Positions 47,660 through 59,418 of a stretch of DNA of 64,000 nucleotides are shown here, in pieces. Every line of letters begins with the position of its first letter. The first letter of the stretch is position 1. Made by a program: the position numbers and the translations under genes. The stretch is taken from positions 47,521 through 111,520 of the forward strand of contig JBCCXL010000018.1 of NCBI GenBank assembly GCA_039191605.1, in the 5' to 3' direction. The notes beneath the pieces are model-generated. The model saw only the letters and a program-made list of their open reading frames with translations, did not search any database and was not told where the DNA came from. Origin of the DNA: Acidobacteriota bacterium. GTDB taxonomy: Bacteria > Acidobacteriota > Thermoanaerobaculia > Multivoradales > JAHZIX01.

Positions 47660-49579
47660 ATGCCCGTCCAGCCTACCTACCCCGGTGTTTACGTTCAGGA
47701 AGCGCCGAGCGGGATTCGGACCATCACCGGTGTGTCCACCTCGGTGACGGCCTTTCTCGGTTTCTTCCGTAAAGGCCCGCTCAACCAGCCGCGGCAAATT
47801 TTCAACGTCGGCGATTTTCAGCGCGAATTCGGCGGTCTCGATACCGAGAGCGAGGCGAGCTACGCCATTGAGCAATTCTTCCTCAATGGTGGCGAGCAGG
47901 CGTGGGTGGTGCGCACCGCGGCGTCAGATACGGCAAATCCCTTGGGGACGTCCTCGGTGATCGCCGCCTCGGCGCCGGGCAAGGACGGCATCCCGACCGT
48001 CAAGGTGGATGCCTCGAGCCCCGGCTCGTGGGGCAATAACGTCAAGCTGGACATCGATTGGGCGACCAGCAATCCGCTGGAGTTCTTCAACATCACGGCC
48101 ACCGAATTCGTCGTCGAGGATGGCCAGCCGCGGGTGATCCAGACCCTCACTATCCGCAACCTCACGATGGATCCGTCGGCGCCGAATTACGCCGTGTCGG
48201 TGATCCAGCAGACCAACGGCAGCCTGGTGCAGCTGGAGGATCTACTGCCCGATACCGGCGGCGTGCCGCCGGAGGGGGGCTGGCCGAGGCCGGCCCAGAC
48301 CGGCACCGTCGGCGAGAAAATTCAGAACAGCGACCTGCCCTTCAAGGGCGGCACCATGACGGTGCAAATGGGAGACCAGAAGTACACCGTCACCGTCGCC
48401 AAGGCGGACACCCGGTTCCAGCTGCCGGCGGTGGTGCAGGCGGCGCTGCGCAGTCAGCCGGCGCTCTCCAGCGCGGTGGTGGAGATGGTGGCGGACTCCC
48501 TGCGGGTCTTCCTCACCGATCCTCTCTTGGCGAACCAGACCCTGGTGTTCACCGGGTCCGCCGCCAACGCCCTCAAGCTCACCAAGGGGTTGGTGAACAT
48601 CCAGCGCTACTCGCTGGGGGAAGGGGTCACCGCCGGGGCCCAGAGCGGCGCCACCAAGGGCGGCGACGGCCTGCCGCCGGGAGCCACCGAGCTGATCGGC
48701 AGCGAGTTCGAGCGCACCGGAATCTACGCCCTGGACTCGGTGGATATCTTCAATATCCTCGCCATCCCCCGTACCCGCGATCTCACCGAGACGGCGGCGA
48801 TGTCGGTGATCCAGACTTGCCTCAACTATTGTGAGGCGCGGCAGGCCTTCATGGTGGTCGACATGACGGCCAACGTGAACAGCATCGAGGGGGCCCGCTC
48901 TTGGATGGAGGCTAACGCCCTGGTGGCCAACAAGAACGCCGCCGTCTACTTTCCCAACGTGATGGTGCCGGATCCCTTGAACGAGTTCCGGCTGCGGGCC
49001 TTTGGCCCTAGCGGCACGATGGCCGGGCTCTACGCCCGCACCGACGCTCAGCGGGGTGTGTGGAAGGCGCCGGCGGGAGTGGACGCGACGCTGAGGGGGG
49101 CGACCGCCCTGGAATACAAGATGACCGACGCCGAGAACGGCGCGCTCAACCCCCTGGGGATCAACTGCCTGCGCAATTTCCCGGTCTACGCCAACGTCTC
49201 CTGGGGTGCGCGCACCATGGTGGGCAGCGACCAGCGGGCTTCGGAATGGAAGTACATCCCGGTACGGCGGGTCGCGCTGATGATCATGGAAAGCCTGAGG
49301 AGAGGCCTGCAGTGGGTGGTCTTCGAGCCCAACGGCGAGGTGCTGTGGTCGCAGATCCGGCTCAACGTCAACGCCTTTATGCAGACCCTCTTCGTCCAGG
49401 GGGCCTTCAAGGGAGAAAGCCCCGAGCAGGCCTATAGCGTGAAGTGCGATGCCTCCACCACCTCCCAGAACGATATCGATCGCGGCATCGTGAACGTCGT
49501 GGTGGGCTTCGCGCCGCTGAAACCAGCGGAGTTCGTGATCCTGACGCTGGAGCAGCTCACCGGCCAGAGCGACTCCTAA
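47660..49579 (+). CDS. eCIS contractile tail sheath protein
   Basis: TYPGVYVQE, FFLNGG, RGVWKAPAG, LNPLGINCLR, WGART, WKYIPVRR, VFEPN, GFAPLKPAEFV; GGAGGAG SD. Confidence 0.96.
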   Translation: MPVQPTYPGVYVQEAPSGIRTITGVSTSVTAFLGFFRKGPLNQPRQIFNVGDFQREFGGLDTESEASYAIEQFFLNGGEQAWVVRTAASDTANPLGTSSVIAASAPGKDGIPTVKVDASSPGSWGNNVKLDIDWATSNPLEFFNITATEFVVEDGQPRVIQTLTIRNLTMDPSAPNYAVSVIQQTNGSLVQLEDLLPDTGGVPPEGGWPRPAQTGTVGEKIQNSDLPFKGGTMTVQMGDQKYTVTVAKADTRFQLPAVVQAALRSQPALSSAVVEMVADSLRVFLTDPLLANQTLVFTGSAANALKLTKGLVNIQRYSLGEGVTAGAQSGATKGGDGLPPGATELIGSEFERTGIYALDSVDIFNILAIPRTRDLTETAAMSVIQTCLNYCEARQAFMVVDMTANVNSIEGARSWMEANALVANKNAAVYFPNVMVPDPLNEFRLRAFGPSGTMAGLYARTDAQRGVWKAPAGVDATLRGATALEYKMTDAENGALNPLGINCLRNFPVYANVSWGARTMVGSDQRASEWKYIPVRRVALMIMESLRRGLQWVVFEPNGEVLWSQIRLNVNAFMQTLFVQGAFKGESPEQAYSVKCDASTTSQNDIDRGIVNVVVGFAPLKPAEFVILTLEQLTGQSDS

Positions 49580-49834
49580 ACACCTCGAGGCCGCGAGGGC
49601 GATAGCCGCTCTCGCGACTCACCGCGTTGGTTCTTAGGAACGGAACGGTGTCCGGCTGAATGAGCAGCAGCAGAGGAAGACGCTCCGGGACCTCCTTCCG
49701 AGGTCTCACAACCTTCCTCGAGAGCCCATAGATGAGCTCGCTGATGAGCCTGCCGATGAGCCCACCCAAGATTTCGATATAGAGAGACTCGCGGTCGTTC
49801 AAAGATCGCTTGAGAGATTGAGAGGATTTTCGTC

Positions 49835-50350
49835 ATGGTCATGTTTCCCGCCAATCCGGAACGCATGGATCCCTACAAGAACTTCAAATTTCGCGTCCGC
49901 TGGGAGGGGCGCTACGTCGCCGGAGTGAGCCAGGTGAGCTCTCTGCGACGCACCACCGAAGCGATTCAATTTCGCGAGGGTGGTGATCCGAGCTCCCAGC
50001 GGGTCTCCCCAGGGCAGACCAGCTATGAGCCCATCACCCTCTCCCGGGGCCTGACCCAGGATCGCGAATTCAATGTCTGGGCGCGGCAGGTGTGGAACCT
50101 CGGAGCGGGTCTCGGCATGGAGGTAGCGCTGCGCAACTTCCGCAAGGACATCACGATCGAGTTCTACAACGAGGCGGGGCAGCTGGTGCTGGCCTACAAC
50201 GTCTTCCGCACCTGGCCCTCGGAGTTCACCGCGCTGCCGGACCTCGACTCCAACGGCAACGACATCGCCATTCAGACCCTGGTGCTGCAGAACGAAGGTT
50301 GGGAGCTGGATGAGGGCGTGCAGGAACCGGCCGAGCCGGCGTTCCCGTAA
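49835..50350 (+). CDS. eCIS tail tube protein (T4 gp19-like)
   Basis: DPYKNFKFRV, REGG, YEPITLSRG, FRKDITIE, WPSEF, LQNEGW. Confidence 0.95.
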   Translation: MVMFPANPERMDPYKNFKFRVRWEGRYVAGVSQVSSLRRTTEAIQFREGGDPSSQRVSPGQTSYEPITLSRGLTQDREFNVWARQVWNLGAGLGMEVALRNFRKDITIEFYNEAGQLVLAYNVFRTWPSEFTALPDLDSNGNDIAIQTLVLQNEGWELDEGVQEPAEPAFP

Positions 50351-50363
50351 TTCCGCGCTTCAC

Positions 50364-50405
50364 CTGAGCTCTGCGCTCTATCTGAGTTCTGCGCTCTATC
50401 TGACC
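50364..50405 (+). repeat. 18-bp tandem repeat, 2 full copies plus a partial
   Basis: ctgagctctgcgctctat / ctgagttctgcgctctat / ctgacc just after the tube stop codon. Confidence 0.75.
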
Positions 50406-50430
50406 TCGTAGCGTTGGGAGGGAGGTTCCG

Positions 50431-51189
50431 TTGAGAGCCCTGAGAGCCTCGGAGATTCTGGACCTGTGGGAGACCAGCGGTCGTCACCACGGGGTGGATC
50501 TCGCCCTGATTCTGCTCCAGACGGCTTCGCCGGAGCTGTCCTGGGAGAGGCTGGTGCGGCTCACCGTTGGGCAGCGGGACGAGCGGCTAATGCGCCTTCG
50601 GGAGCTCACCTTCGGCTCGCTGCTGCGTCTGCAGACCCCGTGCCCTCAATGCTCCGAAGCGCTGGAGCTGGAGCTGGAGTCGCCTCGGCTGCGGGTCGGC
50701 TCGGCATCCTCCGCCGGCCCCCACGAGAGCCAGTGGGAGGGCTGGCGCCTGCAGTGGAGGCTGCCGGATAGCGAAGACCTGGCGGCCTTGGCCCGCCTCG
50801 GCGGTCAGGCGATTGGGGACGGGGAGGGCGTTTCGAGCGGGGAAGGGCTGCTGCTCCAGCGCTGTCTGCTGGCGCTGTGGGATGAAGAGGGCCGCCAGCG
50901 CGTCGCCGGAGAGCTGCCGGCGGCAGGGCGGGCGGCGCTGGGGGAGGCGATGAGCGCCGCGGACCCCCAGGCGGAGGTGATCTTCGACCTGCGCTGCCCT
51001 CGCTGTGAGCATCGCTGGCAATCGCTGCTCGATATCGTCGAGATCTTCACCCAGGAGCTGGCGACCCAATCTCGCCGTCTGCTGGCGGAGGTGCATTTCC
51101 TGGCGCGCTACTACGGCTGGCGGGAGGCGGATATCCTGGCCCTCAGCGGGCGCCGCCGACAGGCCTACCTCGACCTGGCGAGAGCATGA
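50431..51189 (+). CDS. eCIS gp26/tail-assembly-chaperone-like protein
   Basis: Two CxxC motifs (CPQC, CPRC), DPQAE, EVHFLARYYGWREADILAL; directly after the tube gene. Confidence 0.8.
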   Translation: MRALRASEILDLWETSGRHHGVDLALILLQTASPELSWERLVRLTVGQRDERLMRLRELTFGSLLRLQTPCPQCSEALELELESPRLRVGSASSAGPHESQWEGWRLQWRLPDSEDLAALARLGGQAIGDGEGVSSGEGLLLQRCLLALWDEEGRQRVAGELPAAGRAALGEAMSAADPQAEVIFDLRCPRCEHRWQSLLDIVEIFTQELATQSRRLLAEVHFLARYYGWREADILALSGRRRQAYLDLARA

Positions 51190-53936
51190 GCGCTTTCTTA
51201 CAAAATCTCGCCGGTCGGGTGATGGGCGGCGTGTCGCGACTTCAGCCGCGCCTGCCGAGCCGCTTCGAGCCGGGCTACGAGCAGCCGGCCAGTGAGGTAT
51301 CGCCCGGTGATGGGCCAGCCAGTGATGGGCCGGTGACCGCTGCGGCGGACGGCGGCGCGGCATCTGCCCTCGCTCCCGGTGCAGGGGCGCCGGCACTCCC
51401 TGCTCCTGGGCAAGGAGCCCCAGGGCGAGAGCCTCTGCTGCCGCTCGATGCGGAGGGAGCCTGGAACGACGGAGCCCCGGCTCCTCGACCCTTCGATCTG
51501 CTGCGGGAGGAGGGGACGGAGCAGGATCTACTATTGAGCGGTGCTGAGGCGGCGCCAGAGCCTCTGGTTTCCCAACAGACCGAGCCTTCTCCGGTGGCTT
51601 CCTTCCCTGCTCCTCCTTCGTCAGGACCTGCGATCCCGGCGGCGGACGAAGCCCCTCGGCAGCCGGACCGGCAAGCCCGCGAGGCCCCCGACCGCCGTCC
51701 CGCCGTTCCGCCGGTCGAGGCTGAACGGCCGGTTCCGGCGCCGAGAGAGACGGATTCCCCAACGGTAGCGCCTCTCCCGCCAGCGGATCTCGCGTCCCCG
51801 GAGCCGGAGGCGGCTGGGCCTCCCACCTCTTCTGCTTCGCCCTCGGCGGCCGACCCTCTGTCGCTCGGTGGCGAGGAGATCGCCGAATCTAGAAGGTCCG
51901 AGGAAGGACAGCTATCGGCATCGCCGGTTTCGCCATTGTCGAGCCCGGAATTGGCGAGCCCGGAATTGGCGCCAGAGGCCTCCTCCGCGTCAGCCTCGGC
52001 CTCTAAGCCACCTTCCTCCCTTTCGACCTCCGCCTCCGCGACCATCCCAGGGGCCGCTTCAGGGCCAGCTCCAGAGACGGCGAGAGAGGCAGTCTCCCGG
52101 CCTCTGGCTCCCCTGAGCCCTCCGGCCGTTCCACCGCCTATCGACAGGCTCCCGCCGGAACCGGAGAGCGCTCCGAGCGCCGCTCGGGGGATCGGAGGTG
52201 AGGAGGCCGTTGGAGCCCCTTCCGGACCCGAGGCCGGTACCCGGCAGAGGACCGAGTCTTCCGATGCGGCGAGCCGCAATTTCGGGGAGCCCCGGTCCAG
52301 GGTGCCAGGGACCTTCCCCGAGGGCCGTGCCGGGGAACGCCAGGAACTGGTGCCAGGGACTTTCCCCGATTCGCTTTCGAGTCCGGCAGACTCTTCGGGA
52401 ACGGTGCCAGGGACTTTCCCCGAGGGGCGCCGGGAACTGGTGCCAGGGACTTTCCCTGAAAGTTCATCAGAGACGGTGCCAGGGACCTTCCCGGAAGCTA
52501 CGGAGATGCCCGCGGCTCACTCTTCTCGCCGGGATCAAAGACCTGTCGCGGAGCCGTCGAACACTGACGGTGGGACGTCGCGGCGCTCTGCGGGAGAGCA
52601 GATTTCGTCGACGCTGGATCCGCTCGCCCCGACGCCGGAGCCTTTGGTCGCCGATTCTGCCGAGAAAGTCGGGGCGTCGAGGCGAGATCCGGTGCAGCAG
52701 GATCCGGCACCGCAGAATCGGGTGCCAGGGACCTTACCCCCGGGGAGCTCTCCTACGGGAACCGGAGCTGAGGAGGCGCTGCAGCCCTCCAGAATGTCGA
52801 CTCCGCCGTCGCCGCTAGTACCCGAGCGGAGGGAGCCGGCACCAGGATCGAGCTTCCCGCGGACGAGTCGGCGGGAGGACGGTGATCTCTCTAGTCAGTC
52901 CGGGGTTGGAGGAGAGCTTCGTACTGAAGAGCGTCGTAGTGAGGGAAGTCTGGGGGCGCAGCGAGGGTCTCGAGATGTACCCAGGGGCGCTGAGCGCACC
53001 GTTGTTGGTCCCCAGGCTACCGGGCACCCCGATGCCGGGTCTCGGAAGTCCGGTGCCGAGACCAGCCTGCCTGGGGCTGTACCCCCGAGGACAAGGCCTG
53101 CAGGGCCGGAGAGTTCACCGTCGATTTCCCGCTCTTCCCGAGTGGCGGACGGCGGCCTACCCGCCGCGGGGCGGCGTCTCGATGACTCGCCTCGAAGCGC
53201 CCCATCCGCAGCTGGTCAGAGGGGGGCAGGGCCTCGCTCTGGGGGGCAGCGTCGCTCTCTGACGCCTCCTCAATCAAGCTCTTCGCCGGCCTCCCCTCTG
53301 GTCCCTTCAAAGGCCTCTTCGCAGCCTCCAGCAGCGGCATCCTCCGATTCTCCGCCCGCCACGAGGCGCCCGGAGAGGCCGCCCACTCTGTCCCGACCTC
53401 TATCCTCGCCTTCGGCTCCTTCTTCACCGCGGCAGTCTGAGGCCGCGAGGGGCTCCAGGAGGACCGGGGCTTCCGCACCGCCGGAAGTGGGACGGGGCGA
53501 GCTGGGGAGACCTCCGGCGGTGCAGCGCTCGAGGGCGGCGCCTTCAACGGGCTCAGCGGGGTCGATGGGGTCAGCCGCGCCGAACGAACCTTCGGCTGCC
53601 CGGCGGCAGCGGGGGGATGCTCAAGGGGCTAGGCATAGTGCCGGGCGCGGGGCTGCCGCCGCTTCTCGGGGATCTGCCGCCGATGCTCCGCGGGCCACTC
53701 CGGGACGAATGAGCGCGGCTCCTGCGGCGTCTACGAGCCCGGCGGAGGGGCTGGAGCGGGATCCCCTGGGGGACGGCGGCCAGGAGGTGCGGGTGGAGAT
53801 CGGCCGGGTGGAGGTGCGTTCCGCGGCCCCGCCGCCACCGGCTCCCCGACCGGCGGCTGCGGTCGCTGCACGGCCCGGCCCGAATCTCAGCCTGGCGAGC
53901 TACCTGAAACGCCGGGGAGGGGACGGCGTTGAGTAA
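51186..53936 (+). CDS. eCIS-associated long low-complexity protein (tape-measure candidate)
   Basis: Overlaps both neighbours; ordered-looking ends (LQPRLPSRFE; VRVEIGRVEVR...LSLASYLKRR) around roughly 830 aa of P/S/A/R/G/E-rich sequence. Confidence 0.75.
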   Translation: MSAFLQNLAGRVMGGVSRLQPRLPSRFEPGYEQPASEVSPGDGPASDGPVTAAADGGAASALAPGAGAPALPAPGQGAPGREPLLPLDAEGAWNDGAPAPRPFDLLREEGTEQDLLLSGAEAAPEPLVSQQTEPSPVASFPAPPSSGPAIPAADEAPRQPDRQAREAPDRRPAVPPVEAERPVPAPRETDSPTVAPLPPADLASPEPEAAGPPTSSASPSAADPLSLGGEEIAESRRSEEGQLSASPVSPLSSPELASPELAPEASSASASASKPPSSLSTSASATIPGAASGPAPETAREAVSRPLAPLSPPAVPPPIDRLPPEPESAPSAARGIGGEEAVGAPSGPEAGTRQRTESSDAASRNFGEPRSRVPGTFPEGRAGERQELVPGTFPDSLSSPADSSGTVPGTFPEGRRELVPGTFPESSSETVPGTFPEATEMPAAHSSRRDQRPVAEPSNTDGGTSRRSAGEQISSTLDPLAPTPEPLVADSAEKVGASRRDPVQQDPAPQNRVPGTLPPGSSPTGTGAEEALQPSRMSTPPSPLVPERREPAPGSSFPRTSRREDGDLSSQSGVGGELRTEERRSEGSLGAQRGSRDVPRGAERTVVGPQATGHPDAGSRKSGAETSLPGAVPPRTRPAGPESSPSISRSSRVADGGLPAAGRRLDDSPRSAPSAAGQRGAGPRSGGQRRSLTPPQSSSSPASPLVPSKASSQPPAAASSDSPPATRRPERPPTLSRPLSSPSAPSSPRQSEAARGSRRTGASAPPEVGRGELGRPPAVQRSRAAPSTGSAGSMGSAAPNEPSAARRQRGDAQGARHSAGRGAAAASRGSAADAPRATPGRMSAAPAASTSPAEGLERDPLGDGGQEVRVEIGRVEVRSAAPPPPAPRPAAAVAARPGPNLSLASYLKRRGGDGVE
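52301..52739 (+). repeat. Six dispersed in-frame copies of a GGTGCCAGGGACYTT-core repeat (VPGT[FL]P)
   Basis: Copies at 52301, 52349, 52403, 52439, 52475 and 52721 with unrelated spacers. Confidence 0.88.
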
Positions 53937-55185
53937 TTTCCTCGCTCCCGCCACGGTGACGGCCACCCTCTCCCAGCTGGTGCAGCACACCATTCGCCGG
54001 GATCGCCCGGGCATGGTGCCGGGGGCCTTCGTCTCCCATGTTCAGCCCCACGGCCAGGAAATCGACAAGGCTCAGCCGGGAGTGAACCTCTATCTCTACC
54101 GCTTCCAGCCCAACGCGACCCTGCGCAACGACGACCTGCCGACCCGACGTTCCGGCGGCTCTTTCCTGCAGCAGCCGCGGGCGGCCCTCGACCTCGATTA
54201 CCTGGTGACCTTCTACGGCAACGAGACCAAGCTCGAACCCCAGCGGCTGATGGGGCAGGTAGTGGAGCTGCTCCACGGCTTTCCGTGGCTGCCGCGCTCG
54301 GAGATCGATTACACCGTGCGGGAGGTGGAGCGCTACCGTTTCCTGCGCACCTCGGACCTGGCCAACGCCCGGGAGCTGGTGAAATTCACCCCCATCGCCC
54401 TGAGCGTGGAAGAGCTATCGAAGATGTGGTCGGTGTTCCTGAAGGTGGAATACCACCTCTCGATGGTGATCCGAGGCTCGGTGGTGGTGCTGGATACGCC
54501 GGTGGAGCCGAGCCGGGAGCTGCCGGTGCGCACTCTGGCCCTGGCGGTGGGCGGCGCGTATCAGGTGCCGCTCTTGGAGAGCGTCTCCACCGCCAGCGGG
54601 GAGCCGGCGCGGGAGGGCTCGATCCTGGTGCTGAAGGGAAGAGAGCTGGAGGGCACTCAGACCTGGGTGGAGATCGGCGGCGAGCGGGCGGTGGCGACGG
54701 TGGATTCCCCCAACCAGCTCAGCGTGCGCCTCGCTCCGCCGGCCTTCCATCAGCTGCGGGCGGGGGTGCTGGCGGTGCAGGTGGTGCATCCGGCCCCGTC
54801 TCCGACGCCGTCGAACCCTCCGCTTCCCTTCGCTACCTCCAACGCTCAGCCGGTGAGCCTGCATCCGGAGATCCTCTCCGCCGAGGTCTCTCAGGTGGCG
54901 CGGCAGACGGAGGTCGCCCTGCGCCTGAGCCCGGCGGTGGGCCGCGATCAGGCGGTCTCCCTGCTGCTCAACGGCATCGACTCCGACCAGCGCTCCTACA
55001 GCTTCGTTTCGCCCCGGCGGGCCACCGACGAGGAGGAGATCACCCTCCGCCTCGGCTCGGTGGATCCCGGCCCCTACCTTTTGCGGGTGCAGGTGGACGG
55101 CGTGCAGAGCCTGCTGAAGACCGATGACGAAGGCCGCTACGACTCGCCTCTCCTCGAGATTCCTCCCGTGCACGAGGACCCCTGA
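53929..55185 (+). CDS. DUF4255 (Afp16/Pvc16-like cap) protein with C-terminal Ig-like extension
   Basis: MSNFLAPATVTATL, VNLYLY, LRNDDLP, LDLDYLVTFYG, EELSKMWS, LLRVQVDGVQS. Confidence 0.9.
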   Translation: MSNFLAPATVTATLSQLVQHTIRRDRPGMVPGAFVSHVQPHGQEIDKAQPGVNLYLYRFQPNATLRNDDLPTRRSGGSFLQQPRAALDLDYLVTFYGNETKLEPQRLMGQVVELLHGFPWLPRSEIDYTVREVERYRFLRTSDLANARELVKFTPIALSVEELSKMWSVFLKVEYHLSMVIRGSVVVLDTPVEPSRELPVRTLALAVGGAYQVPLLESVSTASGEPAREGSILVLKGRELEGTQTWVEIGGERAVATVDSPNQLSVRLAPPAFHQLRAGVLAVQVVHPAPSPTPSNPPLPFATSNAQPVSLHPEILSAEVSQVARQTEVALRLSPAVGRDQAVSLLLNGIDSDQRSYSFVSPRRATDEEEITLRLGSVDPGPYLLRVQVDGVQSLLKTDDEGRYDSPLLEIPPVHEDP

Positions 55186-55189
55186 TCCC

Positions 55190-57252
<2,063 letters not shown>

Positions 57253-57259
<7 letters not shown>

Positions 57260-57663
57260 GTCGGCGCTTCGATCGGCATGCAGGGGCTCCCGGCAGCGAA
57301 GATCCGCTGGCCCGGGATCGCCGCGGTGCGCCGCCGTCGCTGCATCTTCGCCTCGAATCCCTGGTGGTAGAGGGGGTGGATACCTCCGGCTGGGGTTCCG
57401 AGGCCCACGACGAGCTCGCCCACGCCCTGCATCAAGAGCTGGTTTCGCAGCTACAGTCGGGGAGCATCGTCGCGGCGTCGCTGCAGGCGGTCCTGGCGGA
57501 GAAGAGCGCCTGGCACCTGCCGGCGGCCCAGCTCCCGGCTTCCGCCGCCGGTCCCCCGGGCCCGAGGAGCATCGGCGTGGCCCTGGCGCGCTCCGTTACG
57601 AGTGGTCTGGGTTCTGGTGATCTGGGTTCTGGTGATCTGGGTTCTGGGGGGCTTAGTCGATGA
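57253..57663 (+). CDS. Small eCIS-associated hypothetical protein
   Basis: LHLRLESLVVEG...ALHQEL...IGVALARSV pattern recalled from eCIS loci; overlaps both neighbours; GSGDL 15-bp repeat near the end. Confidence 0.7.
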
Positions 57664-59303
57664 AGACTGCCGCGCTGGAAGCCAACGTCGCGGAGCCGAC
57701 CTTGGAGCGGAAAGCTCCGGAGGACGAGCAGAGAGCGCTGCGGGGGGATCGCGCGGCAGGGGGACGAGCGGCTTCCGGGCTCGCCTCGGGAGCGTTGCAC
57801 CTGGCCTCAGTACCGGTGCTGCCGCCCAGTGGCGGTGCTGGGGGAGCGGTGCCGGCGGTGCAGCGGGCGAAGAGAAATCGCAAGGTCCCGGCGCGCAAGC
57901 GGCGGGCGCAGAAGAAGGCGGAGCGTCGCCGCCGTCGTCAAGCGAAGGCGGAAGGGAAGCCATTTCGCAACGCTAAGCAGCGGCGCCGAGACCGCCAGCA
58001 GCAGGCGCAAACTCGAGCGCTGAATCGGGCGAAGAATCGACCTTCGCGGGCGCAGCGTCGCGAGATGGCCCACCAGCGGGATATGGAGGCGATTCGCCGG
58101 CAGGCAGAGGAGAAGGCCAATATTTGTCGACGCTTCTTTCTGACCAGGTCCAGGAGCGCAAGATCAATTCCGGCGCTGCGCTTTCCCGCCTTGGTGGATC
58201 AGGTGATGACGGCGGCGGGCCTCGATGATCTGACGGATCTGACGACGATACCGGCTGCTCTCGCGGAGGCCATCATGTTTTACCGGCAGGCTTTAGAACG
58301 GGCTGAGCTGAGCCAGCCGGAGTTCTCACGCTCGATCCGCAGGGAGAAGGTCGAGAAGAAGATCCGATTCGCCCCGAGCCCCGCTCGGCCTACGAGCACG
58401 GCGGCGCGCCGGGAGCGAAGATCTCGGCGCAGGGACGAGCAGGGCGAGGTCGAGGAGGCGGCGACTCGGCTGATCACCGAGATCTGCGCCTACGATCCCT
58501 TTGGCATCGAGACCCGCCTCGGGGACGTCCTGCTCGAGGCCTCCGCGATCACCGGCAGCGAACGGCCCGATCCCGAGCGTTTCGCCTATGCCCGGGGCAC
58601 TAGCGGTGATCCGATTCCCATCACCTGGTACAAGGCTCCCGGGGCCTACCCTCCGCTGACGGTAGACAAGAGCGTCGTACCCCGTTTCGGCGCCTTTACG
58701 CTGGTCGATGATCAAGTCTCGGGGCGTCGCCGCTATCGATTCGGCGTCGAGGGGTCCAACCGGCCCCGGGTCGGCATGTCGCTGCGTCGCACGGCCCATA
58801 GCAGTGATCGGTCCGAGCAGCGGGAGCTCAATCAGGTGATGAATCGCGCCATCGATCGGGGAGAGCTGGAGATCAATGGTGATCCTAGGGCTCGCCTCTC
58901 TGAGGCCGGTGGCTTCGACGGCGACCACGTCAAAGATCTCGGCTACGGCGGCCTGGACTCCATCGAGAACTTCTGGCCCCTCGACGCCGCGACCAACCGC
59001 GCGGCGCTGACCTACAATCGCAACTACCTGGTCAACTTCCTGGACTCCACGGGGCAGGCTCGCCAGGCACCCATCGGCGTGCTGATCGGGAAGCACTTCG
59101 TGGTGGAGGACTTCTACAACCCTCTGGTGAGAGGGGTTCCAGAGGACTCGGGAACGGCCGCTGCGGGGGCGAAAGGAGGGGGAGGATTGAGTGGCGGAAA
59201 GTCCAAGGCGTCGCGCTCCTCCGCGAGTCAGCGGGGAGTGGTGATCAGCACTGGCTTCTCGGATAGCGAGACCGATACTGAGAGCAGCAGCGATGAGTTC
59301 TGA
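57660..59303 (+). CDS. Candidate eCIS effector: leader, Arg/Lys tract, HNH-like domain (copy 1)
   Basis: DGDHVKDLGYGGLDSIENFWPLDAATN beta-beta-alpha-metal-like motif; ATGA coupling. Confidence 0.75.
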   Translation: MKTAALEANVAEPTLERKAPEDEQRALRGDRAAGGRAASGLASGALHLASVPVLPPSGGAGGAVPAVQRAKRNRKVPARKRRAQKKAERRRRRQAKAEGKPFRNAKQRRRDRQQQAQTRALNRAKNRPSRAQRREMAHQRDMEAIRRQAEEKANICRRFFLTRSRSARSIPALRFPALVDQVMTAAGLDDLTDLTTIPAALAEAIMFYRQALERAELSQPEFSRSIRREKVEKKIRFAPSPARPTSTAARRERRSRRRDEQGEVEEAATRLITEICAYDPFGIETRLGDVLLEASAITGSERPDPERFAYARGTSGDPIPITWYKAPGAYPPLTVDKSVVPRFGAFTLVDDQVSGRRRYRFGVEGSNRPRVGMSLRRTAHSSDRSEQRELNQVMNRAIDRGELEINGDPRARLSEAGGFDGDHVKDLGYGGLDSIENFWPLDAATNRAALTYNRNYLVNFLDSTGQARQAPIGVLIGKHFVVEDFYNPLVRGVPEDSGTAAAGAKGGGGLSGGKSKASRSSASQRGVVISTGFSDSETDTESSSDEF

Positions 59304-59418
59304 GAATGCGTGAGTTGCTCTCCCTAGTCCCCTCCGTGAGCCCCTGTGCCGCGAGCTTCGCGGGGTCGTTGCCCACCGGTGAGGCCCCGGCGTTCTTCAT
59401 CGGCGGAGGGCCCCGCTA

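Noticed and set aside
47035-47875. ORFs in the divergent region before the sheath gene
   Set aside because: Non-coding-like composition, no SD or motifs; I also could not support a sigma54 promoter or a clear operator here
52301-52493. CRISPR-like repeat-spacer array or DGR repeat
   Set aside because: Repeats are only about 19 bp, in frame within a gene, irregularly spaced; no cas or reverse transcriptase genes
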